Of a DNA stretch of 64,000 nucleotides, positions 25,822-35,951 are shown in pieces; within the stretch, counting starts at the first letter, position 1; each line of letters starts with the position of its first letter. The position numbers and the translations under genes are program-made. This DNA is from Chloroflexota bacterium. Its GTDB lineage: Bacteria; Chloroflexota; UBA6077; JACCZL01. The stretch covers positions 118,280 to 182,279 of the forward strand of contig JAXLXF010000004.1 of NCBI GenBank assembly GCA_046328125.1, in the 5' to 3' direction. Under the pieces are notes generated by a model. The model did not search any database and was not told where the DNA came from. It was given only the letters and a program-made list of their open reading frames with translations.

Positions 25822-28764
25822 ATGGGAGACGAGCATGGCTGCATGGATGGCACTCGCCACCAACATCGTACGAACGTACCAGAGCCGCGCCGAATGTCGT
25901 CCGAAGAGGACAGCGTCGTGAGCGTTTCGGACGCGTACCTGTCACACGCCGATCTGGAGGCGGTCGACCAGAGGCTCCAGGGAGAGGTCCGCCGTCGCGG
26001 CCTGACTGACCAGGAGCTGCGCCAATCCGAGCTCTTGCGGTGCGCGCGGGACATCATGCAACAGATCATCGGACCGGATGCCGGCGACCGCTGTACGCGG
26101 GCGACGCTGAACGCACTCATGCCTCGACGCGAGAAGGGTCCCCCGCGCGCTCGGCTCTACACGCCCGAACAGGTCCGGGCCTTGCTCCTGATGCTGTACC
26201 TCGTCGAACCGCCGAACAACCTCACCCTCGAATCTGCCCGGCGTCGCGTGGAGTCGTATCTGACTCGCATTACGTCGAGGTCCAACAGTCTCCTCGAAAC
26301 CATCGTTGAGTCCGCCATTCGGCGCTTCGAGACCACGGTCGTCGGCCGCCTGCTGATGGCGCTGATCCTCCAGACGTTTCAGGTTGGCGTAGTCCCAGCC
26401 GGAAGCATCGTGGTCGCCGGTCGATTGGCCGGCGGCGACTCGCGCCTTTTACGAGAACGGTCGATCCAGGACTGGATCGACCAACTGGCCGAGGATAGCG
26501 TCGCTCGGATCGGCTTGGTCGGTGAGTCGGGCGAGATCGCACTGATCGAGCCAACGCAGGTTTCGCCGGTCGCCTCGCGCTATGCGTTTCGAGTCACCAG
26601 TATCGACACGCATGGTCACCAGTTCCTGGTCGCGCTCGGGATCCTGGGCTCAAAAGACGAAGTGGTCGGTTCGTGCGAGTTCGAGCCATTCCGCGACGCC
26701 ATCATGCCCCCCAATGAGGGCACCCCCACGACGGTCGGCGTTGCAGTGCGCCTGATCCGCGTGATCTGCGAAGGATTCACCTCACTCATCGAGCGAGTAC
26801 GAGCCGAGGCGACGGCCGCGTCCGCCACCAGCGACACCTGGCTGTTCACCCAGCACAGCGACGTGATCATCTGGCTGATGACGCAGTTCGCGTGCTACCT
26901 GGCACAGCCAGACGAGCCCACCGCCGCTCGCTGCCTCGTCTTACAGCCTGAAGCCAATACACAAGACAACATTTTCCGACTCGTCGACGACTTCGCGAGC
27001 GATCGTCTGCCATGGTCCGGACTCCCGTCGGTGCGCACCATCAACAGTAGCCGACTCCTCTCCGGATTCGGACGTGCGATGACCATGTCGCTGAGCGTAC
27101 CAACGACTGAGCCTCCATTTGACGAGATGATGACGCGCCACAGTCAGGAGTCTACGGATCCGGACGATGGCATGGGCACGCCCTACTCGGGCGTTTCGAT
27201 CCCGATTCCGACCGCGGACGGCAGACGGTACGCACAGCTCTACGTCTGGGCGAAGCGCATCTCTGACGCCGACTTTCCATCAGTGGTCAGGTGCCTCGAA
27301 TTCCTGGCGCCGTTGGTCGGCGAGATCGTTGAGCGCCGGCGGAGCGTCGCCTCCTCGGTTCGTTCCCTCCAGCACCTCACAGCCCGCCGGTGCCTGGATG
27401 CGGCCACATTCGAGAAAACCGTACAGGCCACGCTCGGGGATCTGCTCGTCAGTGGCGTTCAGGCCGGCGCATCACGAACAGGAGCTGCGGGGGGACGGAT
27501 CGCGATGATCGTCCTGCGACCAGCTACGCATCTGCCGGGCGCGCACCCCGGCACCGTCCCCGACTTCGCGGACACCGCGTGGGAGTGGCTCAGTGGGGAG
27601 CTCCAGCGCCTGGAGCCTGTGCACTTCCTCCGGAGCTGGCTCGGGGAGCGTCTTGGGGGTGCTCTCGACGGTGGCGTCGTTTTCGGGCGCCTCAGCAGCC
27701 AGGCCGTCGCTATTATGATCCCACGCCAACTCCCGAAGGAGCAGATCGACGACGTTCGCCTACGTCTCATCTCCGAAGTGAACGGCCTGGCGTGCGCTGA
27801 GGATCAGAAAGGCCAGCACGTATTCCGACTGTACGCCTGGTGCGTCGACGTCCGCCTGTCCGACTTCTCACCTGCCGATGCAGCCGTCGCAGCCGGCCGC
27901 CTCCTTGATCGGGCGCGTTCTTCCGAGCGGGTCATGCCATATCTCGTCGAAAGCTACGCCCAGGCTGTCACCGGCCACTGGCAGCAAGCGTTCGACTACG
28001 CCAACGAAGGGCTGGAGAACGACGACCAGAATGGCTACCTGCATCGGCGAGCCGCGTACTTCCTGATGCGCCAGGGACATTTCAATGTCGCCGCACGGCA
28101 CGCCCGACTCGCCGTCACGATCGCGGACGATATCGTCGCTGACCGTTGCTTGTTGGGAGACGCGATTCTGGGGCAGGGGCAGCTGATCCACGCCTTACAG
28201 GAGTATGCCGAAGCTGCAGGGCACAATCCGGAGCACCCGCTGCCAGCCTACCACCTGGGCTACGCCTTGATCCTCGTCGGGACGCTCCTCGAACGGGAGA
28301 TCTTTGATCGCCTGGTCATCCGAGACAACGTTCAGACGTCAGACATCGAGCCGAATCTTGACGCCGGGATAAAGCGATTCGAGTACGAGTTGAAGCTGAT
28401 TCGCGAACGTCGACAGGTCCTAGGCAAGGCCGCCACCACCGCCTTCGGGCGCGCATGGGCCCGCTTCGCGCAGCCCGAGTATGCGTCAAGTCGGCGCGTG
28501 AACTACCTGGACCAGCGCGTATCGACCCGGATCGGCCTCTACCGAAGCGCCTGGATGGAATCGGACGAACCATCCGTACCGACAGTGAGCAGTGCCGTGA
28601 GCGCATTCCACTTTAGCGATTCTCTGCATCGAGAATTGATTCTCGCAAACATGTGGGAACGTCGGATGGGGCAGGTGCTGTGGGACGCGGTGCTGAACGA
28701 CTTGACCTGGTCTGGTGTCCTCCACCAGCTTGGACTGCTTCCTCCCGCGGCTACCGGACCATAG
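25822..28764 (+). CDS. large multidomain regulator-like protein: MerR-like HTH, GAF-like region(s), degenerate GGDEF-like domain, C-terminal TPR
   Basis: Up to 980 aa. CTRATLNALMP..RARLYTPEQVRALLLMLYLV resembles the MerR helix-wing. YSGVSIPIPTADGRRYAQLYVWAK...FLAPLVGEIVERRR is GAF-like. IAMIVLRPA...VFGRLSSQAVAIMIP..DDVRLRL is GGDEF-like, with RLSSQA where RxGGDEF would be. The C-terminus is TPR-like (AAYFLMRQGHFNVAARHARLA.., GQLIHALQEYAEA). The start is uncertain among 25822, 25843 and 25894. Confidence 0.6.
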   Translation: MGDEHGCMDGTRHQHRTNVPEPRRMSSEEDSVVSVSDAYLSHADLEAVDQRLQGEVRRRGLTDQELRQSELLRCARDIMQQIIGPDAGDRCTRATLNALMPRREKGPPRARLYTPEQVRALLLMLYLVEPPNNLTLESARRRVESYLTRITSRSNSLLETIVESAIRRFETTVVGRLLMALILQTFQVGVVPAGSIVVAGRLAGGDSRLLRERSIQDWIDQLAEDSVARIGLVGESGEIALIEPTQVSPVASRYAFRVTSIDTHGHQFLVALGILGSKDEVVGSCEFEPFRDAIMPPNEGTPTTVGVAVRLIRVICEGFTSLIERVRAEATAASATSDTWLFTQHSDVIIWLMTQFACYLAQPDEPTAARCLVLQPEANTQDNIFRLVDDFASDRLPWSGLPSVRTINSSRLLSGFGRAMTMSLSVPTTEPPFDEMMTRHSQESTDPDDGMGTPYSGVSIPIPTADGRRYAQLYVWAKRISDADFPSVVRCLEFLAPLVGEIVERRRSVASSVRSLQHLTARRCLDAATFEKTVQATLGDLLVSGVQAGASRTGAAGGRIAMIVLRPATHLPGAHPGTVPDFADTAWEWLSGELQRLEPVHFLRSWLGERLGGALDGGVVFGRLSSQAVAIMIPRQLPKEQIDDVRLRLISEVNGLACAEDQKGQHVFRLYAWCVDVRLSDFSPADAAVAAGRLLDRARSSERVMPYLVESYAQAVTGHWQQAFDYANEGLENDDQNGYLHRRAAYFLMRQGHFNVAARHARLAVTIADDIVADRCLLGDAILGQGQLIHALQEYAEAAGHNPEHPLPAYHLGYALILVGTLLEREIFDRLVIRDNVQTSDIEPNLDAGIKRFEYELKLIRERRQVLGKAATTAFGRAWARFAQPEYASSRRVNYLDQRVSTRIGLYRSAWMESDEPSVPTVSSAVSAFHFSDSLHRELILANMWERRMGQVLWDAVLNDLTWSGVLHQLGLLPPAATGP

Positions 28765-28807
28765 CCAGGCATGTCGGCACGGATCGAGTCGATCCGCCTG
28801 ACTGTTG

Positions 28808-29431
28808 TCATGCGGCTGTGCGACCTCTGGAGCGGACAAGGGCGAGGTCCAGGTCCGGCGATGGCGTCGTGTCGGCGCCGAGCAGCTCGCGCATCTGTTT
28901 GAGCGCGTGCGCGTTGTCGTCCGGGTCGATGGAGGCGACGCAGTCCTCGGGGACGATCAGGTGATAGTCCCGCATGAAGGCGTCATTGGCGGTGAACAGG
29001 ACGCAGGAGTTGCCGGCGATGCCGGTCAAGATCAACGTGGACGCCTTCAGGTAGGCAAGCAGGGTGTCGAGCGTCGTCGAGTAAAAGCCGGAGTGCTTCG
29101 GCTTGAGCACGAAGTAGTCGTCGTCGGCAGGCTTCACCAGCTCGACCATCGGCCGGCCGCGCACGTCGTCTTCGAGACAGTGGCTCAGCACCGCCGCCAG
29201 GTCGGATTGCCAGCGACCGAAGTTGTCGTTGACGTAGAGCGTCGGGATGCCGAGCGCGCGGGCACGTCGCCGAAGCTCGCGAATTCGTCCCGCCACGGGC
29301 ATCACCTGCTCGGCGAGACGGTCGCCGCCGGGAAACTCCAGGTCGTTGATCATGTCCACGATCAGCAGCGCCACCGGCGACGTGTCGGGCACGTTCCCGT
29401 GCAGGTCCTGGTTCTTCGCGGGAGCGGTCAT
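28808..29431 (-). CDS. isochorismatase-family cysteine hydrolase
   Basis: Starting at MTAPAKNQDL, with ALLIVDMINDL (catalytic Asp), VLKPKHSGFY (Lys) and LTGIAGNSCV (Cys). Confidence 0.85.
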   Translation of the reverse strand: MTAPAKNQDLHGNVPDTSPVALLIVDMINDLEFPGGDRLAEQVMPVAGRIRELRRRARALGIPTLYVNDNFGRWQSDLAAVLSHCLEDDVRGRPMVELVKPADDDYFVLKPKHSGFYSTTLDTLLAYLKASTLILTGIAGNSCVLFTANDAFMRDYHLIVPEDCVASIDPDDNAHALKQMRELLGADTTPSPDLDLALVRSRGRTAA

Positions 29432-29628
29432 CACGCAGCGCACACCTCGAATGAGATCTTCGGCGGGCTGTAACGCAACGAGTGTGCCCCCGGCCCGCCC
29501 CGCACCGGAACTGGGATGGTGGGCATGTCTCTTGCCTGGCACGCCTGCTGTAGATGACGCCGCACGGCCGGGACCAGCCGGGCACGGGCGTGGCCGTCCA
29601 GTTTGGCGGCGGACGAGGAGAGCGCACG

Positions 29629-30285
29629 ATGACGAAGCACGCGCGGATCGAGCCGGGTGCGTCCGTGGAGACGACGGACGGCACGTTCGGCACGGTGAGG
29701 GAGGTGCTTGTCAACCCGAAGACGCGTGAGCTTTCGCAGCTCCTCGTCGAGCATGATGAGAGCCTCGTTCTCGTGCCCGTCGACCTGATCCTCGACATCG
29801 TCGGTCCGACCCAGGTCCGCCTGAGCTCCACGCGGGCGGACGCGCTCGCACGCCTCAGTGGGATTGTCTCGACGCCTGACCTGGGCGGGCAGGTGCGGGT
29901 GCCGATCTACGAAGAGCGCCTGCGGGTCGGCATCAGGTCGGTGGACCGAGGCGAGGTGGTCGTGCGGAAGTCCGTGGAGCACGTTCCGGAGACGGTCGTC
30001 CAGCCCGTCGAGCGCGACGAGGTCGAGATCGAGCGGATCCGGCTCGACCGCCCGATCGACCAGCCTGCACGGACGCGCGAGGAGGACGGCTGGCTGATCG
30101 TGCCGGTCATGGAAGAGGTGCTGGTCGTCACCAAGCAGCTGGTCCTGACCGAGGAGGTCCGGATCCGGACCCGCCGGGTGCTGGAGGAGCAGGAGGTGTA
30201 CGAGATCGTGCGGCACGAACGAATCGACGTGAAAGACACCACGGGCGCCGACAACGCCGACGAATCGATCGGGCACGAGATATGA
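29629..30285 (+). CDS. PRC-barrel + DUF2382 (YsnF/AvaK-like) stress-response domain protein
   Basis: The ATG at 29629 follows GAGGAG. The N-terminus VETTDGTFGTVREVLVNP is PRC-like. It is followed by VPIYEERLRVG..VVRKSVEHVPETV..VERDEVEIER and EEVRIRTRRV, which are typical DUF2382 repeats. Confidence 0.75.
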   Translation: MTKHARIEPGASVETTDGTFGTVREVLVNPKTRELSQLLVEHDESLVLVPVDLILDIVGPTQVRLSSTRADALARLSGIVSTPDLGGQVRVPIYEERLRVGIRSVDRGEVVVRKSVEHVPETVVQPVERDEVEIERIRLDRPIDQPARTREEDGWLIVPVMEEVLVVTKQLVLTEEVRIRTRRVLEEQEVYEIVRHERIDVKDTTGADNADESIGHEI

Positions 30286-30436
30286 CAACGATGTCATGGT
30301 CCTTCTATCACGAATAGGTGCTTCAGTCGTCAGGCATGACGTGTGCCTGCTGTTCGCATAGCGCATAGCGCAGCAGAGTGCGCCACGAGCGTCCTTTCAG
30401 GATCGTCTCGTTCATTTCTACCTCCGGGAGACCAGA

Positions 30437-31294
30437 ATGGGTCTGTTCGACAAGCTTCGACGCGGCACGCATGTCTACAGCCACGACGACCGAGACCTGG
30501 GCACGATCGACCGCTGGGATGACACGAACGTCTACATCAGTGGCAGACCGTATGCACGCTCGATGTTCGACCGTTTCGACAACGACCGTCTCTACTTCAG
30601 CGACGCGGGATATCGCTCCTATCAGTCCATGGTCGGAACGCAGATCGGCGATGCCGTGGGTGGTGGCGAGGTCCGGGTGCCCGTCCGCGAGGAGCGACTG
30701 AACGTCGAGAAGCAGCAAGGCGAGTACGGCTCGGTTGACGTCCACAAGGAGGTCGAAACAGAGCGCGTGGACGTCCCGGTGACGCTCCGGCACGAAGAGG
30801 TGAACGTCGAGCGGGTGGACGTTCCGGACCGTCCGATCGCGGTGGGCGACGCTCCGGACGCATTCAAGGAAGGGACGATCCGCGTGCCGGTCCGGGGGGA
30901 GGAGGCGGTCGCCCGCAAGGAGGCCGTGGTCACCGGCGAGGTGGTGGTCGATCGCGACGTGAAGACCGAGAGCCAGACCTTCTCCGACACGATCCGGAAG
31001 GAGCAGGTCGACGTCGACGAGAACTACAACACCTACCGCGAAGGGTTCCGCAGGCACTTCGAGGGCCGCAAGGCCGGCCTGACCGGCACCGCCGTCGACA
31101 CGCGCACATTCGAGGACGCCGAGTCGAACTACCAGCGCGGCTACGCGGCATCGCGTGACCGGCGGTACGCCGGGCGGACGTTCGAGGATGCCGAGCCGGA
31201 GCTCCGGCGTGACCATCGCTCAGGCAACTCGGACCAGGACTGGGAGCGACTCCGCGAGGAGATCCGCGAAGGGTTCGACCGAGGGCGCAGCTAA
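30437..31294 (+). CDS. DUF2382 (YsnF/AvaK-like) stress-response domain protein
   Basis: RVPVREERLNVEKQ..VDVHKEVETERVDVPVTLRHEEVNVERV and VPVRGEEAVARKEAVVTGEVVVDRDV are characteristic of DUF2382. Confidence 0.75.
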   Translation: MGLFDKLRRGTHVYSHDDRDLGTIDRWDDTNVYISGRPYARSMFDRFDNDRLYFSDAGYRSYQSMVGTQIGDAVGGGEVRVPVREERLNVEKQQGEYGSVDVHKEVETERVDVPVTLRHEEVNVERVDVPDRPIAVGDAPDAFKEGTIRVPVRGEEAVARKEAVVTGEVVVDRDVKTESQTFSDTIRKEQVDVDENYNTYREGFRRHFEGRKAGLTGTAVDTRTFEDAESNYQRGYAASRDRRYAGRTFEDAEPELRRDHRSGNSDQDWERLREEIREGFDRGRS

Positions 31295-31321
31295 GCTCGG
31301 CAGTTGAATCGTGAACGCCAC

Positions 31322-31350
31322 GGAGCCGGTCAGTTGACCGGCTCCTCTTC
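31322..31350. terminator. bidirectional stem-loop terminator between convergent genes
   Basis: Palindrome ggagccggtca-gt-tgaccggctcc (31322-31345) followed by tcttc. Confidence 0.55.
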
Positions 31351-31366
31351 GTACGTAGCACGGGGA

Positions 31367-32107
31367 TCAGCGTGCGTGGAGCTCCGAGGCGACCACGCCG
31401 GCCGGGTCGATGGAGGCTAACGCGGCCAGCTCCTCGTTCGTCGGCGGTGGCGTGACCGGCGTCTCCGGCCCGACCTCGACCGGAAATCCCGTCGCGGCTC
31501 GGACCCCGTCAGGCGAGCTGAACGGGTGGACGCTCTCCACGCAGAGCAGCCCGTCCACGCGGCGTAGCACGCAGAGCGGCGTCACCACTCGGTCGACGTT
31601 GCCGGCCGCAGTCACGAACGGCAGCTCCGAGACGAACGTGCGGGTGTCGTGGCGCGTGCGCCAGAGGAGAGTGCGACGAGCGACCGGCATCAGCGCGGCG
31701 CTGCCGGCCCCACCCGGCAGCCGCACCTTCGGATGGCGCGGGTCGCCAATGGAGCTCATGTTGATCCGTCCTTGCCGGTCGATCTGCACCCCGCCGAGGA
31801 ACGCCGTGTCGAGCCGTCCTCGTGCCGCCAGGTCGAATACGTCGGCCAGGACGGTCGACGCCGCCGCACCGTCGATCAGGCGCGGATCGACCGTCGAGAC
31901 GGGGAGCTGGGCCGGCGACGGATCGACGCCACCGGGCAGGGTCAGGATCACGAGATCGGGGGCGTGGAGCCGCTTCGCGAGCAAGGCTGCCACCATCGGC
32001 AGCGGCGAGGCGACGCCGAAGAAGACCCGCTCGCCGTCCCGCAGCAGACGCGCCAGCGCGACGGCCATCTGCGCCGCGACGGTGGCCGGGTCATGTGGCG
32101 CGGTCAC
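31367..32107 (-). CDS. CoA-transferase subunit B (glutaconate/3-oxoacid CoA-transferase family)
   Basis: A 246-aa beta-subunit-like sequence (GVASPLPMVAALLA..., GGVQIDRQGRINMS). It overlaps subunit A by 4 nt. Confidence 0.75.
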   Translation of the reverse strand: MTAPHDPATVAAQMAVALARLLRDGERVFFGVASPLPMVAALLAKRLHAPDLVILTLPGGVDPSPAQLPVSTVDPRLIDGAAASTVLADVFDLAARGRLDTAFLGGVQIDRQGRINMSSIGDPRHPKVRLPGGAGSAALMPVARRTLLWRTRHDTRTFVSELPFVTAAGNVDRVVTPLCVLRRVDGLLCVESVHPFSSPDGVRAATGFPVEVGPETPVTPPPTNEELAALASIDPAGVVASELHAR

Positions 32108-32934
32108 CGGAGCACTCCAACGCCCGGGGCTCCGCTCAAAATGCGCGCCTCAACAAACTCGCGCAGCGTCTCAGGATGGTGGGCCGCCGCCAGCAGCTCG
32201 GCCAGGAACGGCTCGTCGTACGCGTAGAGGCCGGCGCACGAGGTCGGCCAGGCTCCGCCCGGCGCCTCGACGACCGCGTCCACCAGGAAGCCGGGGATAT
32301 CGGTGCGGGACGGGTCGGCGGCAAGCGTAGCGCGGTCCACGAGTCGCTCGGCGCTCAGGATCACCCGACGGGCAGCGCGCGCCATCAATGTGTCCTCGAA
32401 CTTCGATCCCCAAATGCGGGCGTTGCCGTCCTGGTCAGCCTCCTGAACGTGAATCAGCGCCACGTCCGGCACGATGGCCGGCACGGTCATCACGTCCTGG
32501 CCTGAGTATGGATCGTGGACCGACTTGAAGCCGCGCAGCCCGACCAGATCCGAGCCCTGGAGGCCGTTCAACGGCATGAACGGGACGCCCTGCACGGCCG
32601 CCCGCAGCCCCGCGATGATCGTGTAGCAGGCGTGCTCGCGTGCTTCGACCCGGCCGCTCTCGACAGCCCGGCGGTACATCGGGGCGAGCCCGAACACCGT
32701 CTCGTAACCGACGAACCCCGCCGAGACCGCCGTCGCGCAGCCGAGTCCGCACAGCAGATCGACGTCGTACGCCGCGGCGGTCTTCACCAGCTCCAGCGCG
32801 CGCTTGCCCTGCCGCACGAGCTCGTGGACGAACGCGGCCGGCGCCCGGTGCAAGGTGTTGCCGCCGAGGGCCAGCCGGCTGCCATCGGGAATCGTGGCGA
32901 TGACCTCGGCGAGCGAGCGGCGCTTGTCAGCCAT
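32104..32934 (-). CDS. CoA-transferase subunit A
   Basis: MADKRRSLAEVIATIPDGSRLALGG... and ALIHVQEADQDGNARI are typical of family I CoA-transferase alpha subunits. Confidence 0.75.
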   Translation of the reverse strand: MADKRRSLAEVIATIPDGSRLALGGNTLHRAPAAFVHELVRQGKRALELVKTAAAYDVDLLCGLGCATAVSAGFVGYETVFGLAPMYRRAVESGRVEAREHACYTIIAGLRAAVQGVPFMPLNGLQGSDLVGLRGFKSVHDPYSGQDVMTVPAIVPDVALIHVQEADQDGNARIWGSKFEDTLMARAARRVILSAERLVDRATLAADPSRTDIPGFLVDAVVEAPGGAWPTSCAGLYAYDEPFLAELLAAAHHPETLREFVEARILSGAPGVGVLR

Positions 32935-32964
32935 CGTGTCCCTCCGTCCCCGGAAGTGTACCGG

Positions 32965-33984
32965 TCAGGCTGCCGTGACGGGCACGGTCGGTCCGATGGC
33001 GCGGCAGGCCGGCAGCACCTCGGCGGCGAACAGCTCCATCTGCGCCAGCGTCGTCGCGCGGTCCAGGCCGCCGAGCGCGTTGAAGACGCAGCGGAGATGG
33101 CCGGTCCCGACTTCGCGGACCAGCCGCGCGATCTCCGAGACGCACTCGTCCGGTGAGCCGACGATCGCCTGATCCCGGATCAGGGTGGCGCGAGCGGCTC
33201 GCACTGCCTCGGGATCGTTCACGTCCACGGGCGCCCAGCGGCGACGACGCAGGATCGGCATCAGTGCCCGGTCGAGCCGGGTGTGGGCCTCGGCGGTCGT
33301 GCGCCCGATGAAGACGTACCGGTTGAGCGAGAAGCGCCAGAGATCGGCGGCCTGCTCGGGGGACTTTGGGAGTGCGCGCCACCGTTCGAGCTGAAGCCCC
33401 TCGGGACGCTCCAGGCTGAGCAGGACCGGCAGGCGGTGCTCGACGGCGAACCCGATACTCTCCGCGCTCATGCCGGCCACGTAGATCGGCGGGTGCGGCT
33501 GCTGGACAGGGGCCGGGCCGACCTCGGTGGCGTCGAAGCGCCAGGGTCCAGTTGCCGATGCGACGCGCCCGTCCGTCCAGGCCGCCCGGAGCAGCTCGTA
33601 GCCGGCCACGAACCGCTCGTGCTTCGTGGCTGGGTCGATGCCGAGCGCGGCGAGCACGGCCGGGTCGTTCGGGCGGCCAATACCCACGTCGAGGCGTCCG
33701 TTACTCTGGACGTCGAGCTGAGCCAGCTGCTCGGCCAGGATCAGCGGGTGGTGGAGCGGCACCAGGGTGATGCCGGTCCCGACTCGCATCTGCTCGGTCC
33801 GGGCGAAGACCGCCGCTGCCAGCAACGTCGGCGAGGGGTAGGTTAGCCCGATCCGCTTGAAGTGGTACTCGGCCAGCCAGAGCGAGTCGAAGCCAAGCTC
33901 GTCGGCCCGCTGGAAGATCGTCAGCAGCTCGCGATGGTCGCCCTCGGCGGCCTCACTCTGCCAGCCGGTCAGCCCGATGTGCAT
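32965..33984 (-). CDS. LLM-class (luciferase-like) flavin-dependent oxidoreductase
   Basis: Starting at MHIGLTGW, with GFDSLWLAEYHF, GTGITLVPLHHP and GRLDVGIGRP. AAGGA lies upstream of the ATG at 33984. The 5' 100 aa of the track ORF were discarded. Confidence 0.85.
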   Translation of the reverse strand: MHIGLTGWQSEAAEGDHRELLTIFQRADELGFDSLWLAEYHFKRIGLTYPSPTLLAAAVFARTEQMRVGTGITLVPLHHPLILAEQLAQLDVQSNGRLDVGIGRPNDPAVLAALGIDPATKHERFVAGYELLRAAWTDGRVASATGPWRFDATEVGPAPVQQPHPPIYVAGMSAESIGFAVEHRLPVLLSLERPEGLQLERWRALPKSPEQAADLWRFSLNRYVFIGRTTAEAHTRLDRALMPILRRRRWAPVDVNDPEAVRAARATLIRDQAIVGSPDECVSEIARLVREVGTGHLRCVFNALGGLDRATTLAQMELFAAEVLPACRAIGPTVPVTAA

Positions 33985-34843
33985 CGTCGTCCTTTCGTGC
34001 GGCGCGCCGAGCGGCGTGCGTGAAGGTCGTCGGGTCGAGGGCGTCGCGGAGGGCGTCCCCGAGCAGGGTGGCCGCGACGGAGACCACCAGGATCGCCAGT
34101 CCGGGGTAGAGCGCGAGGGCGGGATAGTCCCAGATCCGCGACTGCGCGGATGCCAGCATGTTGCCCCACGACGGCGTGGGTGGCACGATCCCGAATCCGA
34201 GGTAGCTGAGCGAGGTCTCGGCCACGATCCTGGCGCGCGCCCCGACCGCCGCCGCGACGAGTAATGGGCCGGCGATGCCCGGCCAGACATGAGCGCGGAG
34301 CACGCGCGGGCCGTCCGCGCCGAGCGCTCGCGCCGCCTCGACGTACGGCTCCTGGCGAGCGCCGAGCGCGCCGAGATAGGCCAGCCGCGCGAAGGCCGGC
34401 CACTCGAAGGCTGCCAGGATCACCACGACCGACCAGTAACCCGGCCCGACTAGCGTCAACAGCACGAGGTAGAGCGGCAGGCGTGGCACTGCCAGCAGAC
34501 CGTCCACCACCCGCATCGCCAGCTCGCCGGCCAGCGATGGCAATTCGGCCGCCACCAGCCCGTACGCCGTGCCGAGGGCCGGCGCCCCGAGCGTCACCAG
34601 CACCATCACCGACAGCGAGATCCGCCCGCCCCAGAGCAGGCGCGCCAGCACGTCTCGCCCCAGCTCGTCCGTCCCCAACCAGTGGCGAGCGTCGGGCCGG
34701 CGCAACGCCTCCGAGAGCGCGCCGGCCTCCGGCCCGGCCGGCGCCAGGACCGGCGCGAGCGCGCAGAGCAGCCCCAACGCCCCAAGGAGGATCAAGACCG
34801 GACGGCCAGTCCGGTGGCGCCACACCCTCCCGATCACTCGCAT
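33953..34843 (-). CDS. ABC transporter permease, DppC-like
   Basis: Starting at MRVIGRVWRHR, with GTDELGRDVLARLLWG and ARALGADGPRVLRAHVWP. Its 3' end overlaps the LLM gene start by 32 nt. Confidence 0.85.
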   Translation of the reverse strand: MRVIGRVWRHRTGRPVLILLGALGLLCALAPVLAPAGPEAGALSEALRRPDARHWLGTDELGRDVLARLLWGGRISLSVMVLVTLGAPALGTAYGLVAAELPSLAGELAMRVVDGLLAVPRLPLYLVLLTLVGPGYWSVVVILAAFEWPAFARLAYLGALGARQEPYVEAARALGADGPRVLRAHVWPGIAGPLLVAAAVGARARIVAETSLSYLGFGIVPPTPSWGNMLASAQSRIWDYPALALYPGLAILVVSVAATLLGDALRDALDPTTFTHAARRAARKDDDAHRADRLAE

Positions 34844-34976
34844 GGAGACCCGGCCTGCCCGTGGAGCGCGGCCATCCTGGCCGCTCCGGTGCGACAAGCC
34901 CGGGGCGGCCAGGATGGCCGCGCTCCCAGCGGATGTCTGCCAGCTGCCGCCCACGCGCGCTCGTCATGCACGGGCG

Positions 34977-35939
34977 TCAAATTCGCAGGCGCGGGTCGGC
35001 CAAGGCCAGGACGACCTCGGCGGCGAGGCTGGAGAGCACGACGGAGACGGCGAGGATCAGCGCAATCCCTTGCACCAGCGGCCAGTCGTACGCCCGTAGC
35101 GCGGTGAGCAGCAGCCGTCCGAGACCAGGGTAGCTGAACACCGCCTCGGTGACGGTGGCGCCGGCGATCAGCGCGGGCGTCTCCAGCGAGAGCAGCGCGA
35201 TCAGCGGTGGCACCGCGTTCGGGACAGCGTGCCGCAGCAGCACGACCCGTTCGGAAAGCCCCTTCGCGCGGGCGGTCCGCAAGTGATCGCGCCCAAGCTC
35301 CTCCAGCAGCGCCGCGCGCACGTACCGTCCCCAGGCCGCTAGCTGGACCGCTGCCAGCGTCAGAACCGGCAGCACGAGGTAGCGCACGCGGTCCAGCGGA
35401 TCGTCCCGGCCAATGGTCTGGGCTCCCCCCGCCGGCAGCCACGCCAGCTCAACGGCGAACGCGATCGACAGCAGCATCCCAAGCCAGAATGTGGGGGCGC
35501 CGCCGACCACCAGCGAGGCCACTCCGAGTCCGACATCCAGCGCGGACCCGGGGCGCAGCGCCGATGCGACACCAATCGCGCTGCCGAGCAGCAGCGCCAG
35601 CACCAGAGCACTCACGGTCAGCAGCAGCGAGTTGACCAGGGCCGTTGCGAGCAGTGGCCCGACCGCCCGGCCGGGCGCCACGATCCAGGACGTCCCGAGG
35701 TCGCCGACCAGGACGCCGCCGACCCAGCTGAGATACCGCTCCAGCGGCGGACGATCCAGCCCAAGCAGCGCCTCGGCGCGCTCGGCGGCGGCCGGGTCGC
35801 CGCCAACGGACTCCCCGATCAGGCTGCGCAACGGGCCGCCAGGGATCGCGTGGAGCAGCCCGAACAGCAGCACCGTCACGAGGAACAAGGTCAGCACGGC
35901 CTGGACCAGACGACGGAGTACGTAACGGGCCTGGAGCAT
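34977..35939 (-). CDS. ABC transporter permease, DppB-like
   Basis: Contains MLQARYVLRRLVQAVLTLFLV... and HLRTARAKGLSERVVLLRHAVPNA. Confidence 0.9.
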   Translation of the reverse strand: MLQARYVLRRLVQAVLTLFLVTVLLFGLLHAIPGGPLRSLIGESVGGDPAAAERAEALLGLDRPPLERYLSWVGGVLVGDLGTSWIVAPGRAVGPLLATALVNSLLLTVSALVLALLLGSAIGVASALRPGSALDVGLGVASLVVGGAPTFWLGMLLSIAFAVELAWLPAGGAQTIGRDDPLDRVRYLVLPVLTLAAVQLAAWGRYVRAALLEELGRDHLRTARAKGLSERVVLLRHAVPNAVPPLIALLSLETPALIAGATVTEAVFSYPGLGRLLLTALRAYDWPLVQGIALILAVSVVLSSLAAEVVLALADPRLRI

Positions 35940-35951
35940 GATGGAAAGCCG

